Shown here: one piece after another, positions 63,149 to 64,000 of the stretch
Layout: each line of letters opens with the position of its first letter
How positions within the stretch are numbered: position 1 is the stretch's first letter
DNA from: Octopus bimaculoides
Taxonomy: Eukaryota
DNA: 64,000 bases
Reading direction: 5' to 3'
Assembly (NCBI RefSeq): GCF_001194135.2
Contig: NC_068997.1
Coordinates: 14,629,480 to 14,693,479 of the forward strand
Notes under the pieces: model-generated
What the model was told of the DNA's origin: nothing
Seen by the model: only the letters and a program-made list of their open reading frames with translations
The model's database searches: none
Program-made: the position numbers and the translations under genes

Positions 63149-64000
63149 NNNNNNNNNNNNNNNNNNNNNNNNNNNNNNNNNNNNNNNNNNNNNNNNNNNN
63201 NNNNNNNNNNNNNNNNNNNNNNNNNNNNNNNNNNNNNNNNNNNNNNNNNNNNNNNNNNNNNNNNNNNNNNNNNNNNNNNNNNNNNNNNNNNNNNNNNNNN
63301 NNNNNNNNNNNNNNNNNNNNNNNNNNNNNNNNNNNNNNNNNNNNNNCACACACACACACACACACATACACACACATTCTCATTCAATCTCTCTCCTTCT
63401 CATAAAACTATTATTGTTGTTGTTGTTGTCCCTGTTGTAATTTTGAAAAATATTTTTGTTTCATTCTTTCAATCTCTTTCTTAATTCATAATTATGATTT
63501 TTCTTTTGTTTGTTTATTTGCCACCCCCTCTCTCTCTCTCTACTTATCTATCTATCTCTCACTCTCTTACACATACACATATATACACACACATACCCTC
63601 ATACACATATACACACACTTTGTTTTCAATGTTTTCATCTAAACATTTGCACTCACTCTATCTCACTAGCATGAAGTTTTTCTCTCTCATATTGCTATCT
63701 CTCATTCTTCCCCCTTCCTCTCTCTCTCTCCTCCTTTCTCTCTCCTCCTCTTTCTCTCTCTCTAATATATATATATATATATTTTCTTTTTTTTTTCAAA
63801 ATGCAGCCACATGTGGATTGTTGGCAATGTTATCCCTTCGTCTTCCTTTTCTCTTGGACTTTCCTCCATCTCCTGTTCCTGAAGAAGAATTTTGCTTGAA
63901 ATGTAAAAACTACATTTCTTTCCTTCTCTGAGCATCAGCTAATACTTTGTATGTACCACGTCCTCGCGTTGTTGTTTTTCTTTTGTGTTTGTTCTTTGTT

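Overview
This is eukaryotic non-coding, repeat-saturated DNA with many N gaps next to microsatellites. The repeat landscape (tRNA-headed SINEs with CORE-like and other conserved central domains, RTE/CR1 LINE relics, Tc1/mariner fossils, dense TA/CA/TAGA/ATT/GAT microsatellites) fits a coleoid cephalopod, most likely an Octopus scaffold; this is an inference from repeat recognition, not a database result. No intact protein-coding gene, rRNA, real tRNA or CRISPR array can be supported. Almost every long ORF in the track is a translation of simple repeats or N runs. The window reads like a large intron or intergenic interval. Supported content: about 55 SINE copies or fragments in 6 families (labels A-F are mine), RTE and CR1/Jockey LINE relics, a DD37D (maT) transposase fossil, a mariner with an internal inversion, mariner- and piggyBac-type MITEs, two Helentron-associated (HINE/DINE-1-like) elements, and a clean 275-bp solo LTR with a 5-bp target-site duplication. 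The best second-look items are the solo LTR, a 62-nt pre-miRNA-sized hairpin at 27363-27424, two long inverted-repeat elements (20154-20269, 43365-43570), the internally inverted mariner, a self-inverted SINE tail, and a few weak exon candidates. I found no convincing evidence of a wholly new biological system. SINE boundaries are approximate (about +/-10-20 bp).
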